64,000 nt of DNA from an uncultured delta proteobacterium (GTDB lineage: Bacteria; Desulfobacterota; Binatia; Binatales; Binataceae): positions 2,880,001-2,944,000 of the forward strand of contig CAWEEQ010000004.1 of assembly GCA_963808235.1 (NCBI GenBank), given 5' to 3'. Each line of letters begins with the position of its first letter. Position 1 is the first letter of the stretch. The position numbers and the translations under genes were made by a program. The notes under the pieces were generated by a model. The model ran no database searches and was not told the origin of the DNA. It saw only the letters and a program-made list of their open reading frames with translations. Positions 30,331-39,262 of the stretch are shown piece by piece.

Positions 30331-31182
30331 ATGGCGGAGACCGTATCCAAGGCAGTGCTGATCACCGGATGCTCGACCGGAATAGGTCGAGCGACGGCGC
30401 ATCATTTGAAGTCGCGCGGATGGAACGTGTACGCGACGGCGCGGAAACCGGAATCGATTGCGGACCTGGCGGCGCTCGGATGCAAGACGATGGCGCTCGA
30501 CGTGTGCGACGAGGCCTCGATGCGCGCGGCGGTCGACGCGGTAGAGCGCGCTGAGGGCGCAGTCGGCGTGCTAATCAATAATGCCGGCTACGGACTCGAG
30601 GGCGCGGTCGAAGAAGTGCCGATGACCGAGATTCGACGCCAGTTCGAGACCAACGTGTTCGGGCTTATCACGATGACCAAGCTGGTGCTGCCCGCGATGC
30701 GCCGCCAGCGATGGGGCCGCGTCGTCAACCTGAGCTCGATGGGCGGGAAGCTGACCTTTCCCGGCGGCGGTTACTATCATGCGACCAAGCATGCGGTTGA
30801 AGCGCTCAGCGACGCGCTGCGGTTCGAGGTGCGAGGCTTCGGTGTCGACGTGATCGTGATCCAGCCGGGGCCAATCAAGACGCGCTTCGGCGACACCGCG
30901 GTCGGCATCATCGCGGCGTCGAAAGACTCGCCTTACGCGGCGTTCAACGTGGTGCTGGAAAAGCAGATTCGCGAGGCGTACGAGGGCGGGCCGATGGCTC
31001 GCTTCGCGGCGCCGCCCGAGGCGGTCGCAGAAGTGATCGAGCGGGCAATCTCGGCGGCCCATCCGAGCACTCGATACAAAGTCACGCTCGCCGCGCGGGT
31101 CCTGATGGGACTTCGTCGCGTGTTGCCAGACCGTGCTTTCGATGCGTTCCTGCGCACGCAATTTCCGCCGCCGACGCCGTAG
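30331..31182 (+). CDS. Short-chain dehydrogenase/reductase
   Basis: TGCSTGIG, NNAGYG, YHATK. Confidence 0.93.
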   Translation: MAETVSKAVLITGCSTGIGRATAHHLKSRGWNVYATARKPESIADLAALGCKTMALDVCDEASMRAAVDAVERAEGAVGVLINNAGYGLEGAVEEVPMTEIRRQFETNVFGLITMTKLVLPAMRRQRWGRVVNLSSMGGKLTFPGGGYYHATKHAVEALSDALRFEVRGFGVDVIVIQPGPIKTRFGDTAVGIIAASKDSPYAAFNVVLEKQIREAYEGGPMARFAAPPEAVAEVIERAISAAHPSTRYKVTLAARVLMGLRRVLPDRAFDAFLRTQFPPPTP

Positions 31183-31292
31183 GCGAGATCGCAAATTCGG
31201 CCCAATTCCGGCTAGTTAGGCCATGATTGGCGCATCTTGACGGGGATTATCCGGCTCTTGACTAACATCAGTAATCGCGCTAATGTCTGAAT

Positions 31293-32216
31293 ATGCCGAA
31301 CAAAAGCAACAAGCATCAGCCGCGCTTCACTCGTCAATTGACGCTCTCCGAGTTCGATGTGTTGTTCCCGAATGAGGAAGCCTGCCGCACTTATTTGCTG
31401 CTCCGGCGCTGGCCCAGTGGCCCGCATTGCCCGCGCTGCAATAACAATCATGTCTACGAAAGCACGGCGCGTCCGTGGCATTGGCAGTGTATGAAGTGCG
31501 GGCCGAAGCCGCGCTCGCCCTATCGCTTTGCGCTCACGACTGGAACGATCTTCGAGGAATCCAAGAAGCCGCTGATCACTTGGTTCAAAGTTCTGCACTT
31601 GATGGTTACGAGCAAGAAGGGAATGAGCGCGCTTCAGATTCATCGGCTGCTCGGAACCGGCTCGTATCAGACCGCGTGGTATATGTGCATGCGTCTCCGC
31701 GCCGGAATGAAAGACCCTGAGTTCCGCCAACTGATGGGGATTGTGGAAGTGGACGAGACTTGGATTGGTGGCAAGGAACGAAACAAGCATCTTGGGAAGC
31801 GTGGAAAATTAGGCACGCAAGGTAAGACGCCAGTGATCGGCGCGATCTCGCGCAAGGGTAATGTGGTCTGTCAGATGATTGAACGAACAGACACCGAGGC
31901 TCTAACTGGCTTCGTTCGCCAAGTGACGAAAGCGAAAGCCACGCTCGTGATCACTGACGAGGCAAAAGGCTACGACCCGATCAGCATTTACGACCGCGAG
32001 CATTATTTCGTTCGGCACTCCGCTAACGAATACGTGCGCGGTGACGTTCACACGCAGAACATCGAATCGTTCTGGTCACTGCTCAAGCGTGGCGTGATCG
32101 GAACGTACCATCACGTCAGCAAAAAGTATCTGCCGCTCTATCTGAACGAGTTTACGTTTCGATTCAACAATCGGAACGAAGCCGATATTTTCGGCAAAGC
32201 AATAGGAGGGTGCTGA
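31293..32216 (+). CDS. IS1595 family transposase
   Basis: N-terminal zinc ribbon CPRC..CMKC, VEVDETWIGG, VITDEAKGY, HTQNIESFWSLLKR, YLNEFTFRFNNR. Confidence 0.96.
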   Translation: MPNKSNKHQPRFTRQLTLSEFDVLFPNEEACRTYLLLRRWPSGPHCPRCNNNHVYESTARPWHWQCMKCGPKPRSPYRFALTTGTIFEESKKPLITWFKVLHLMVTSKKGMSALQIHRLLGTGSYQTAWYMCMRLRAGMKDPEFRQLMGIVEVDETWIGGKERNKHLGKRGKLGTQGKTPVIGAISRKGNVVCQMIERTDTEALTGFVRQVTKAKATLVITDEAKGYDPISIYDREHYFVRHSANEYVRGDVHTQNIESFWSLLKRGVIGTYHHVSKKYLPLYLNEFTFRFNNRNEADIFGKAIGGC

Positions 32217-32271
32217 GACACGAACACTGGCGAATGTCTCAGCTATCTGAGAACGTCGCCAGCGAGACGGT

Positions 32272-32538
32272 TCAATTGGAGCTTTCATTCAATTCAAAAC
32301 GCAATTGAAAGCCGAATGTATCGCCATGAGTTAGCAGCGTATTGAGCGATTGGGCCAGCTTTTGGAGCACAAATAATTCCTTCGCATCTATCAGCGATGC
32401 GGGACAATTAGGGCAGATCGTCGCTTCGGGTTTCCAATCCTTCACACGACAAGATACCCTTGCTGCGCAGTTCCTGCACTCCAATTGGATTGCTCGAATA
32501 TCAGACGGCTCAAAGTAAATCTGCTTGCTGGTTGTCAC
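32272..32538 (-). CDS. IS passenger: small double-CxxC (zinc-binding) protein
   Basis: GTG 32538 with strong AAGGAGG RBS; CRNC and CPNC motifs. Confidence 0.65.
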   Translation of the reverse strand: MTTSKQIYFEPSDIRAIQLECRNCAARVSCRVKDWKPEATICPNCPASLIDAKELFVLQKLAQSLNTLLTHGDTFGFQLRFELNESSN

Positions 32539-32552
32539 AACCGGATTCCTCC

Positions 32553-32927
32553 TTAAGGAGTTGCCATCGGAGCATCGGGTGGCACGAAGTCTTGCGGCCT
32601 CAAGCATTGCGGCTGCTGGTGATAATCAATCTGCGGGTTGCACCACCAACCGCCTCCTAACTCGATCCAACCCGACGCCAGCGGCTTCAATGTTTTCGGA
32701 TTTAATTCCGTTCCCGCGACTGTAGGCGCTGACGATGGACGCTTCACAAGTTCAGCAACGGTTGGCACGGACATTCGCGCTCGACCGCCGAACATATATT
32801 GAACGTCGCCAGTAAAACGATTGATGCGGTATCCAGAATTCGTTTCATAGATGCCGCCATTGAGACTTGCGGCCACAATCAGTGCCGCAGCGAGAATCAC
32901 GGCTGCTTTCATAGTGTCCGACATCAT
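32553..32927 (-). CDS. IS passenger: secreted or membrane-anchored hypothetical protein
   Basis: AGGAG RBS, hydrophobic N-terminus, RINRFTG motif. Confidence 0.65.
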   Translation of the reverse strand: MMSDTMKAAVILAAALIVAASLNGGIYETNSGYRINRFTGDVQYMFGGRARMSVPTVAELVKRPSSAPTVAGTELNPKTLKPLASGWIELGGGWWCNPQIDYHQQPQCLRPQDFVPPDAPMATP

Positions 32928-32937
32928 TTGCTCCTAG

Positions 32938-33597
32938 CTAGGAACCGGAATTGTAACCAACGGACAATTCTATTTGGTTAACAGGTAGGGCAGGGTCTAC
33001 GCCACGGCCCCATATTCTTAGTTGAGCACGGGCAAACGCGGCGTCTAATTGGTCACCATATGACGTTTTCCAATCGTTCGGACCGGCAAGCAGAAGGGCA
33101 ATGCCCGCTCCGCCATTTGCTGAATTGAAGACACCATCATCGGCTATAGTCCATCCTGCTCGCTTGAAGACCCTTTCAAAGTCGGTGGCGTATTCCCAAG
33201 CTTCGGGGTCTCGATCCGACGCCTCGATTTTAACCGTATGAACGAAAGTTATAGTTGCCAAACTAGTGGCTAAGGATTCCTCCTGGTCTGGCAACAATCG
33301 CCGACGCGCGAACATTGTTGCGGTTGACGGCGGTAAGTGTGCTGATTTTATGGCCGTTTGGTACTGCTCATCCCAAGCATTGAATCCCGCTATCAATAAG
33401 CCGACAACAAGCAACGTCCGTAGAACCACCACGCGCGTTTCTTCAACTATGTACTGATCGAGCCAGTTGCTGATCGACAAATATTGATTCTTGCGAAGCA
33501 CAAGACCACCAACGTCGAAAATCAGTGACGTTCCCCAAATGAGCGAAGCCCAATTGGAGAGAAGTGCGACGATGTACATCCAGATATCAGCAAACAT
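32938..33597 (-). CDS. IS passenger: membrane protein (2 TM plus soluble domain)
   Basis: TM helices, AGFNAWDEQY, DPEAWEYATDFERVFKRAGW. Confidence 0.7.
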   Translation of the reverse strand: MFADIWMYIVALLSNWASLIWGTSLIFDVGGLVLRKNQYLSISNWLDQYIVEETRVVVLRTLLVVGLLIAGFNAWDEQYQTAIKSAHLPPSTATMFARRRLLPDQEESLATSLATITFVHTVKIEASDRDPEAWEYATDFERVFKRAGWTIADDGVFNSANGGAGIALLLAGPNDWKTSYGDQLDAAFARAQLRIWGRGVDPALPVNQIELSVGYNSGS

Positions 33598-33652
33598 GGA
33601 AATCTAACGTAGTGCGCTTGACGACAACCCACCAACTGCGGAAACTGTCGGT

Positions 33653-33817
33653 ATGGGTTCCGGCTACGCGCAAAAGATTCTGTTCTTTTTCTGCCGGAAG
33701 TGCGGCGACTACCACGAGAAAACGCACCCGCATTACAAAGCGCAGAAGCAGCGTTCCTACCGTCGCCGGAAAGCCAAAGAAGCCGCTCAGCCCGCCCAGC
33801 CTGAACAGCACGCCTAA
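33653..33817 (+). CDS. IS passenger: 54-aa basic putative zinc-finger peptide
   Basis: MGSGYAQKILFFFCRKCGDYHEKTHPHYKAQKQRSYRRRKAKEAAQPAQPEQHA. TTGACG-17-GAAACT lies just upstream. Below the ORF-track cutoff. Confidence 0.5.
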   Translation: MGSGYAQKILFFFCRKCGDYHEKTHPHYKAQKQRSYRRRKAKEAAQPAQPEQHA

Positions 33818-33914
33818 TACTCGACCATCGTAGCGGGGGATCGTTCGATTCTGGCCCATCGCCGGAATCATTACAGAATCCAGCCTGATAGTCTACATCC
33901 AGATAATCCCCGTC

Positions 33915-33944
33915 TTGACTAATAGCGAAGAAAAAGCGAAAATA
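33915..33944 (+). promoter_or_regulatory. Promoter of the radical SAM gene with an overlapping GCGAA-N6-GCGAA direct repeat
   Basis: TTGACT AATAGCGAAGAAAAAGC GAAAAT, ending a few nt before ATG 33948. Confidence 0.5.
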
Positions 33945-33947
33945 ACC

Positions 33948-34979
33948 ATGCCGTCAAAGATGGATGCCGCCGCCACATTGCCCCTCTACGCCGACGGGTT
34001 GGAAAGCCCGTTGGAGGACTTGCCCGCGAGCCGCGGGGTCGAGTTTGTCGAGATGCCGGTGCGGCAGATTCTCAACCGATGCGACAGTCCGTGGATGCCG
34101 TTTCGATGGACGATCAATCCGTATCGCGGGTGCGAGTTCGGATGCGTTTACTGCTACGCGCGGTACACGCATGAGTTCCTGGAGCTGCACGACCCGATGG
34201 ACTTCGAGCGCAAGATTTTCGTCAAGCGGATGGCGGCCGAGGTGCTCGGGCGGACACTATCGCGCACGCCGATTGGCACCGACGCGATTGCAATCGGCAC
34301 CGCGACCGATCCCTATCAGCCGGCGGAGCGGAAGTACGGGCTGACGCGCTCGATGCTCGAGGTGTTCGCGCAACTTGCGGGACTTAACCTGTCGATCACG
34401 ACCAAGTCGAGCTTAATTGTTCGCGACCTCGAGCTGCTCAAGAAGATCAATCGGCGCTCGAAGCTGTCGGTGAACTTTTCAGTGATAACGCTCGATCGAA
34501 GGCTGCAACGAATACTGGAGCCGCGCGCGCCGCGGCCGGGATTGCGGCTGCGCGCGCTGTTCGAGCTGGCGCGGGCGGGTATCCGATGCAACGTGCTCAT
34601 GATGCCGATGATTCCGGGACTGACGGACGAGCCGGCGGCGATCGAGAGCGTGATTCGCGGGGCGCATCGCGCGGGCGCGTCGGGAGTATGGTGGCGCTCG
34701 CTATTTTTGAAACCGGCGGCGGCGCGCCGGTTCATTCCATATGTGAAGGAGCGATTCCCGCATCTGAGCGGACGTATCGATGCGTTTTACGCCCACGCCG
34801 AGTATGTACCGCATGCATACGACGAACGGATGGGGCGCCTGTTCGACCGGCTCCGTGCGCGATACGGGTTCCCGATCGATCACGAACGCTACATGGAACG
34901 GCCTCCGATCGCGCAGCAGTTACCGCGACAACTATCGCTTGGCGGCATGCTGGAATCGCGACCAAGCGAGGAGACATAA
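33948..34979 (+). CDS. Radical SAM protein, SPL/Rv2578c (DNA-repair-associated) family
   Basis: INPYRGCEFGCVYCYA (CxxxCxxC), IGTATDPYQPAE, ITTKS, LEPRAP, MIPGLTD. Confidence 0.92.
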   Translation: MPSKMDAAATLPLYADGLESPLEDLPASRGVEFVEMPVRQILNRCDSPWMPFRWTINPYRGCEFGCVYCYARYTHEFLELHDPMDFERKIFVKRMAAEVLGRTLSRTPIGTDAIAIGTATDPYQPAERKYGLTRSMLEVFAQLAGLNLSITTKSSLIVRDLELLKKINRRSKLSVNFSVITLDRRLQRILEPRAPRPGLRLRALFELARAGIRCNVLMMPMIPGLTDEPAAIESVIRGAHRAGASGVWWRSLFLKPAAARRFIPYVKERFPHLSGRIDAFYAHAEYVPHAYDERMGRLFDRLRARYGFPIDHERYMERPPIAQQLPRQLSLGGMLESRPSEET

Positions 34980-34983
34980 AGAA

Positions 34984-36006
34984 ATGCCGAAATCAAAGGT
35001 GAGAATCGGAATACTGGGCGGCGGTTCGATGGGCCTTGAGCACGCGGAGTCCTTCGGCTCCATCGAAGGTGTCGAGATAGCCGGGATATTCAGCCGGACC
35101 TCAGAGCGAGCAGCGGCCGCCGCAAAGACTTGCAACGCCAGGGCCGTAACCGACCCACGCGCTCTCATCGAGGATCCGGCTATCGACGCTATCGACGTAT
35201 GCCTTCCTTCCGTGAACCACGCAGAGTTCGTGACCGCAGCTTTGTCTGCGGGCAAACATGTTTTCTGCGAGACGCCACTAGCGCTTCGCGTCGAAGATGC
35301 GGTGGCAATGATCAAGGCGGCGCACAGTTCCAGGCGGATCCTGATGGTCGGACTGCTGATGCGATGTATCGCACAGTACGAGCACGTACATCGCGCAGTG
35401 GAGTCCGGCGAACACGGCAACCTGCTTAGTGTGATGGCGTATCGGCTCGGCTCCTACCTGCGCGTCGGCGGCCAGGATCACAAGGACCACTATTCGGACC
35501 CTTCGACCGAGCTCATGACCTTCGACTTCGATTTCGCGAACTGGCTGATGGGAACGCCGGTTCGCGTTTCGGCGACCGCGGTGCGCACTGCGGCCGGAAC
35601 ACCGGGCGAGATATCGGCAATGCTCGACTTCGAAGGCGGCCGCACTGCAACCATCCTCGCCAGCGGGATCCTGCCAAAGAGCTTCCCTTTTTCTGCCGGC
35701 TTCCGAGTTCTGTTCGAGAAAGGCGCGTTCGACCTCAAGAACGTGTTCGGAGACGGTCCACCCCAGAGCACGTTTACCTTCTTTCCAGAGGAAGGCGGCC
35801 AGCAGGCCGTCTCAATCGTGGGGCACAATCCGTATGAGGAAGAACTGCGGCTCTTCGTCGATTGCGTTCGCGGCGAGGGTGACCCATCTCTGCTAGGCGC
35901 CGAGCTCGCGGTGAATGCGCTCGTCTTGTCGCTCGCAACGCAGCGATCGCTCGAAGAGCACCAGGCTATAGACGTAGCGTCGATGCGAAAATCGCTGGGC
36001 ATCTAA
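34984..36006 (+). CDS. Gfo/Idh/MocA family oxidoreductase
   Basis: RIGILGGGSMG, AGKHVFCETPL. Confidence 0.9.
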   Translation: MPKSKVRIGILGGGSMGLEHAESFGSIEGVEIAGIFSRTSERAAAAAKTCNARAVTDPRALIEDPAIDAIDVCLPSVNHAEFVTAALSAGKHVFCETPLALRVEDAVAMIKAAHSSRRILMVGLLMRCIAQYEHVHRAVESGEHGNLLSVMAYRLGSYLRVGGQDHKDHYSDPSTELMTFDFDFANWLMGTPVRVSATAVRTAAGTPGEISAMLDFEGGRTATILASGILPKSFPFSAGFRVLFEKGAFDLKNVFGDGPPQSTFTFFPEEGGQQAVSIVGHNPYEEELRLFVDCVRGEGDPSLLGAELAVNALVLSLATQRSLEEHQAIDVASMRKSLGI

Positions 36007-36042
36007 CGAGACTAGTCCGCGGTTTGTGTTGTACCTTGCCGC

Positions 36043-36068
36043 TTGACAATGCGTAACCTATTGGTTAC
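36043..36068 (+). promoter_or_regulatory. Promoter and ArsR-type operator
   Basis: TTGACA at 36043; palindrome GTAACC-TATT-GGTTAC at 36053-36068. Confidence 0.7.
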
Positions 36069-36079
36069 ATATTTTCTCG

Positions 36080-36400
36080 ATGTCGCTCGACAAGACGATT
36101 GCTGCGCTGGGTGATCCGACTCGCAGGGAGATTCTTCGCCGGTTGGCTGAGGCGCCGCATCGAGCCGGTGAGCTCGCGCATGGATTTGCGATCAGCCGGC
36201 CCGCCATTTGTAAGCATACGCGGCTGCTCACTCGCGCGGGATTGATACGGGCGAAACAGAGCGGGCGAGAGCGGATCTATGAGCTGGCCCCGTCCGGAGG
36301 CAAAGCGATGCGCGACATGATCGAGCAGATGGAAGGTATGGAGCGGTTCTGGGAAGTCGCGCTCGACGCGTTCAAGCGCTATGCGGAGAAAAAGGCATGA
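36080..36400 (+). CDS. ArsR/SmtB family regulator
   Basis: ALGDPTRREIL, ISRPAICKH, GRERIYEL. Confidence 0.92.
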   Translation: MSLDKTIAALGDPTRREILRRLAEAPHRAGELAHGFAISRPAICKHTRLLTRAGLIRAKQSGRERIYELAPSGGKAMRDMIEQMEGMERFWEVALDAFKRYAEKKA

Positions 36401-36819
36401 CGATTCGCAAATCGATCTGGGTCGCACGATCGCCGGAGATTTCATTCAAGGTGTTCTGCGAGGATATCGGCGAATGGTGGCCGGGCGGGTTCGGCGGCAA
36501 GGACAGCAAGCTATCGCTCGCGCGGGAAGTAGGCGGGCGCTTTTTCGAAAGGCGCGGCGACGGCACCGAGTACGAGATCGGACGGGTGACGGCGTACGAG
36601 CCTCCGTCGCGGGTGGCTTTCAGCTGGCGCGCGCCGAGTTGGGACGTTACCACCCAGGTTGAAATTCGCTTCACCGCCGAGGCGGACGGAACCCGCATCG
36701 ATCTGGAGCATCGCGGATTCGAGCAGAGCGAGAAAACCCGCGACGCCGAGAAAAACTACAATTCAGGATGGGACGGGATACTCGGGCACTATCAGAAAGT
36801 GTTCGCGCCGGCCGCATGA
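36397..36819 (+). CDS. SRPBCC/AHSA1 domain protein
   Basis: YEPPSRVAFSW, TRIDLEHRGF, GWDGIL; ATGA overlap with arsR. Confidence 0.9.
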   Translation: MTIRKSIWVARSPEISFKVFCEDIGEWWPGGFGGKDSKLSLAREVGGRFFERRGDGTEYEIGRVTAYEPPSRVAFSWRAPSWDVTTQVEIRFTAEADGTRIDLEHRGFEQSEKTRDAEKNYNSGWDGILGHYQKVFAPAA

Positions 36820-36867
36820 CGACAAAATGCAAGCCCGGAACCAAAAAATTAGCCCAGGGGGAAGACG

Positions 36868-37482
36868 ATGAAACTCTACTATTTCCCTTCACCGAATCCG
36901 CAGAAGATTTGGTTCGCGATCAATGAGCTCGGCCTCGACTGCGAGACGGTCCCGGTCGATTTGCTCAAGCGCGAGCAACGCTCGCCCGAATTCCTGTCGC
37001 TGAATCCATGCGGTCGCGTGCCGGTGCTGGTCGACGGCGATCTCAAGCTGTGGGAGTCTCACGCGATCCTGGCGTACCTCGGCGAGAAGAGCGGGCGGCT
37101 ATGGCCGACGACTCCGGCCGGGCGCGCCGACGCATTGCGCTGGCTCTTTTTCCTGACCAGCGCGATTTCCCCGCCCGCGACGGAGGTGGCCTTCAATCGA
37201 ATCGCGGTCAAGTTGAGCGGCGGCACACCCGACGAGGCGGCGATCGCGCGCGGCGAAAAAGCGCTGCCCGATCCGATCAGAATCGTCGACCAGCACCTCT
37301 CCACCCGCAAATGGATGATGGGTGACGAATTTTCGCTGGTCGATTGCGACTATGGTCCCACCCTGAACGTTCTCGACAAGGCGGGATTCAGCTTTGGCGA
37401 TTTTCCGCGCGTTCGTGCGTACCTCGAGGCGATTCGTTCGCGGAAGGCATGGCAGGAAACCCCGAAGCTACCGGGGCTGTGA
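36868..37482 (+). CDS. Glutathione S-transferase
   Basis: LNPCGRVPVL, LWESHAILAYL, FSLVDC. Confidence 0.93.
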   Translation: MKLYYFPSPNPQKIWFAINELGLDCETVPVDLLKREQRSPEFLSLNPCGRVPVLVDGDLKLWESHAILAYLGEKSGRLWPTTPAGRADALRWLFFLTSAISPPATEVAFNRIAVKLSGGTPDEAAIARGEKALPDPIRIVDQHLSTRKWMMGDEFSLVDCDYGPTLNVLDKAGFSFGDFPRVRAYLEAIRSRKAWQETPKLPGL

Positions 37483-37618
37483 ACGGCCGCACGTGCCATT
37501 GCTACGAGAGATTTGGGTCGCACTTTTGTGCGATCATTTTTCTCGCCTTAAGGATTGAGAGAACGCGAGACGCGCTCGACATCCTCACGATCGTTGGGTA
37601 AAAGGCGCCGATTTTCCG

Positions 37619-38809
37619 ATGGGAAGTGCTCACAAACATGCCGGGAACGAGATCACGACGGCTCGTCGACGCTCCTCGAGCGGCCTGATCATTCGACAGA
37701 AGGATCCGAAAAATCTGGAGACTCCGCTCGATCAGGTTGACTCCTTTATCACTCCCGCCGCGCTGTTCTACGTACGCAATCATTTCCGGGCTCCGAAGCT
37801 GGATCTCGCCGACTACCGACTGCGCATCGATGGCGCGGTCAGGAATCCGTTTTCTCTGAGCTACCAGGAATTGCGAAACATGCGGTCCGAGACGCGGGTC
37901 GCCGTTTTAGAGTGCGCAGGCAACAGCCGCGCCTTCCTCGTGCCGCAGGTCGAAGGAGTGCCGTGGGAGCTCGGCGCTGTTGGCAATGCGGAGTGGACCG
38001 GCGTGCCTCTGGCCGCTTTGCTGGAACGGGCGGGCCTTGAAAACGGCGCGTGTGAGATCGTGCTCGAAGGAGCCGATCGAGGAACGCCGAAGGAAAAGCC
38101 GATACCTCCCGGTACGATCTCGTATGTCCGCAGTTTAGCGCGTGACAAAGCAATTCAGCGGGAAGTGTTGATCGCTTACCAGATGAATGGCGGCGATCTT
38201 CCACTGGACCACGGATATCCCGTGCGTGCGATTGTCCCCGGTCACTACGGAATGGCTTCCGTCAAGTGGCTGACGGGTATCCACGCGGTACGAGAGCCGT
38301 TCCAAGGTTACTGGCAGACATCGGACTACGCTTACTGGGATTACGTGGACAACGAGCCGGTGTGGCGCCCATTGGGAGAAATAAAACTCAAGTCCGAGAT
38401 CGCCCGCCCCCGCATTTATGAAACGCTTGAACCGAACCATCTGTACGTGGTTTTCGGCGCCGCGTGGACGGGCGAGACCGAGGTAACTGAAATCGCGGTG
38501 AGCACTGACGGCGGCCAAACCTGGGCCGCGGGAGAATTTCTGGACCCCGTTCGACGGCATACGTGGCGCCGATGGAAGTTCGAGTGGCTCACACCAAACG
38601 CGGCGGGCAAATACACACTGCTGGCGCGTGCCAAAGACTCAAAGGGCCGCGTGCAGCCCGTGACCCACGATCAAAAATACGGCGGCTACGTGATCGATCA
38701 TCCTCTTCCAATAGAAGTATTCGTCGCCCCCGGAACTCGGGATGTCACAAAGAAGATGAGGCCAGAGGATCGGAAGCCGGCGAAGATTGGTGCGCGGGGC
38801 GGGACTTGA
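37619..38809 (+). CDS. Sulfite oxidase family molybdoenzyme
   Basis: FYVRNH, LECAGN, GNAEWTG, DHGYPVRAIVPG, SVKWL, Mo-co dimerisation domain. The last codons overlap the tRNA on the opposite strand. Confidence 0.9.
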   Translation: MGSAHKHAGNEITTARRRSSSGLIIRQKDPKNLETPLDQVDSFITPAALFYVRNHFRAPKLDLADYRLRIDGAVRNPFSLSYQELRNMRSETRVAVLECAGNSRAFLVPQVEGVPWELGAVGNAEWTGVPLAALLERAGLENGACEIVLEGADRGTPKEKPIPPGTISYVRSLARDKAIQREVLIAYQMNGGDLPLDHGYPVRAIVPGHYGMASVKWLTGIHAVREPFQGYWQTSDYAYWDYVDNEPVWRPLGEIKLKSEIARPRIYETLEPNHLYVVFGAAWTGETEVTEIAVSTDGGQTWAAGEFLDPVRRHTWRRWKFEWLTPNAAGKYTLLARAKDSKGRVQPVTHDQKYGGYVIDHPLPIEVFVAPGTRDVTKKMRPEDRKPAKIGARGGT

Positions 38810-38873
38810 ACCCGCACGGTATTGCTACCACCAGCCCCTCAAACTGGCGTGTCTGCCGTTCCACCACCCGCGC
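38788..38873 (-). tRNA. tRNA-Leu (GAG)
   Basis: GCGCGGG/CCCGCGC acceptor stem plus ACCA, anticodon loop TT-GAG-GG, long variable arm, GGTTCAAGTCC T-arm; downstream of secG. Confidence 0.96.
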
Positions 38874-38878
38874 GCTTG

Positions 38879-39253
38879 CTACTTCTTCGTCGCGCCCGGC
38901 GTGCCTGAGCCGGCAGGATTCTGCGCCGGCGCGGCCGGGAGAGCGTTCTTGGGAATGTGCTTCGTCGACGGCATCACGGACGATCCTCCCGACGAAAACG
39001 GCCGGTCGAAGATACTTCCGGTAACGCGCTGCGCCGACGCGAGCGCCAGGAAAATCGAGGTCGCGAAAAAGATTGCCGCGAGCGACCAGGTTGCCTTGGT
39101 GAGCGCATTGCCGGCGCCGCTCGCGCCGAAGACGGTCTGGCTCGAACCGCCGAAGACCGCGCCGATATCCGCGCCCTTACCCTGCTGGAGCAGAATGATG
39201 ACGCATAGCGAGACGCATACGATCACGTGAACCGAAACTACAATTGATACCAT
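38879..39253 (-). CDS. secG: Preprotein translocase subunit SecG
   Basis: ILLQQGKGADIGAVFGG, LTKAT; follows tpiA. Confidence 0.95.
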   Translation of the reverse strand: MVSIVVSVHVIVCVSLCVIILLQQGKGADIGAVFGGSSQTVFGASGAGNALTKATWSLAAIFFATSIFLALASAQRVTGSIFDRPFSSGGSSVMPSTKHIPKNALPAAPAQNPAGSGTPGATKK

Positions 39254-39262
39254 GGGTTCTTC

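Larger units (their letters stand above)
31242..33911 (+). mobile_element. IS1595-family element carrying passenger genes (2670 bp)
   Basis: Left end GGGGATTATCCGGCTCTTGACTAACA; right end reverse complement GGGGATTATCTGGATGTAGACTATCA. Flanks ATCTTGAC (31234-31241) and GTCTTGAC (33912-33919) form an 8-bp target duplication with one mismatch. Lower GC inside. Confidence 0.9.

Noticed and set aside
31212-31790. Antisense ORF over the IS1595 transposase
   Set aside because: Shadow frame of the transposase that crosses the element boundary.
38788-38830. attL/attR duplication for an island at tRNA-Leu
   Set aside because: No second copy of the tRNA 3' end and no integrase seen in the window.
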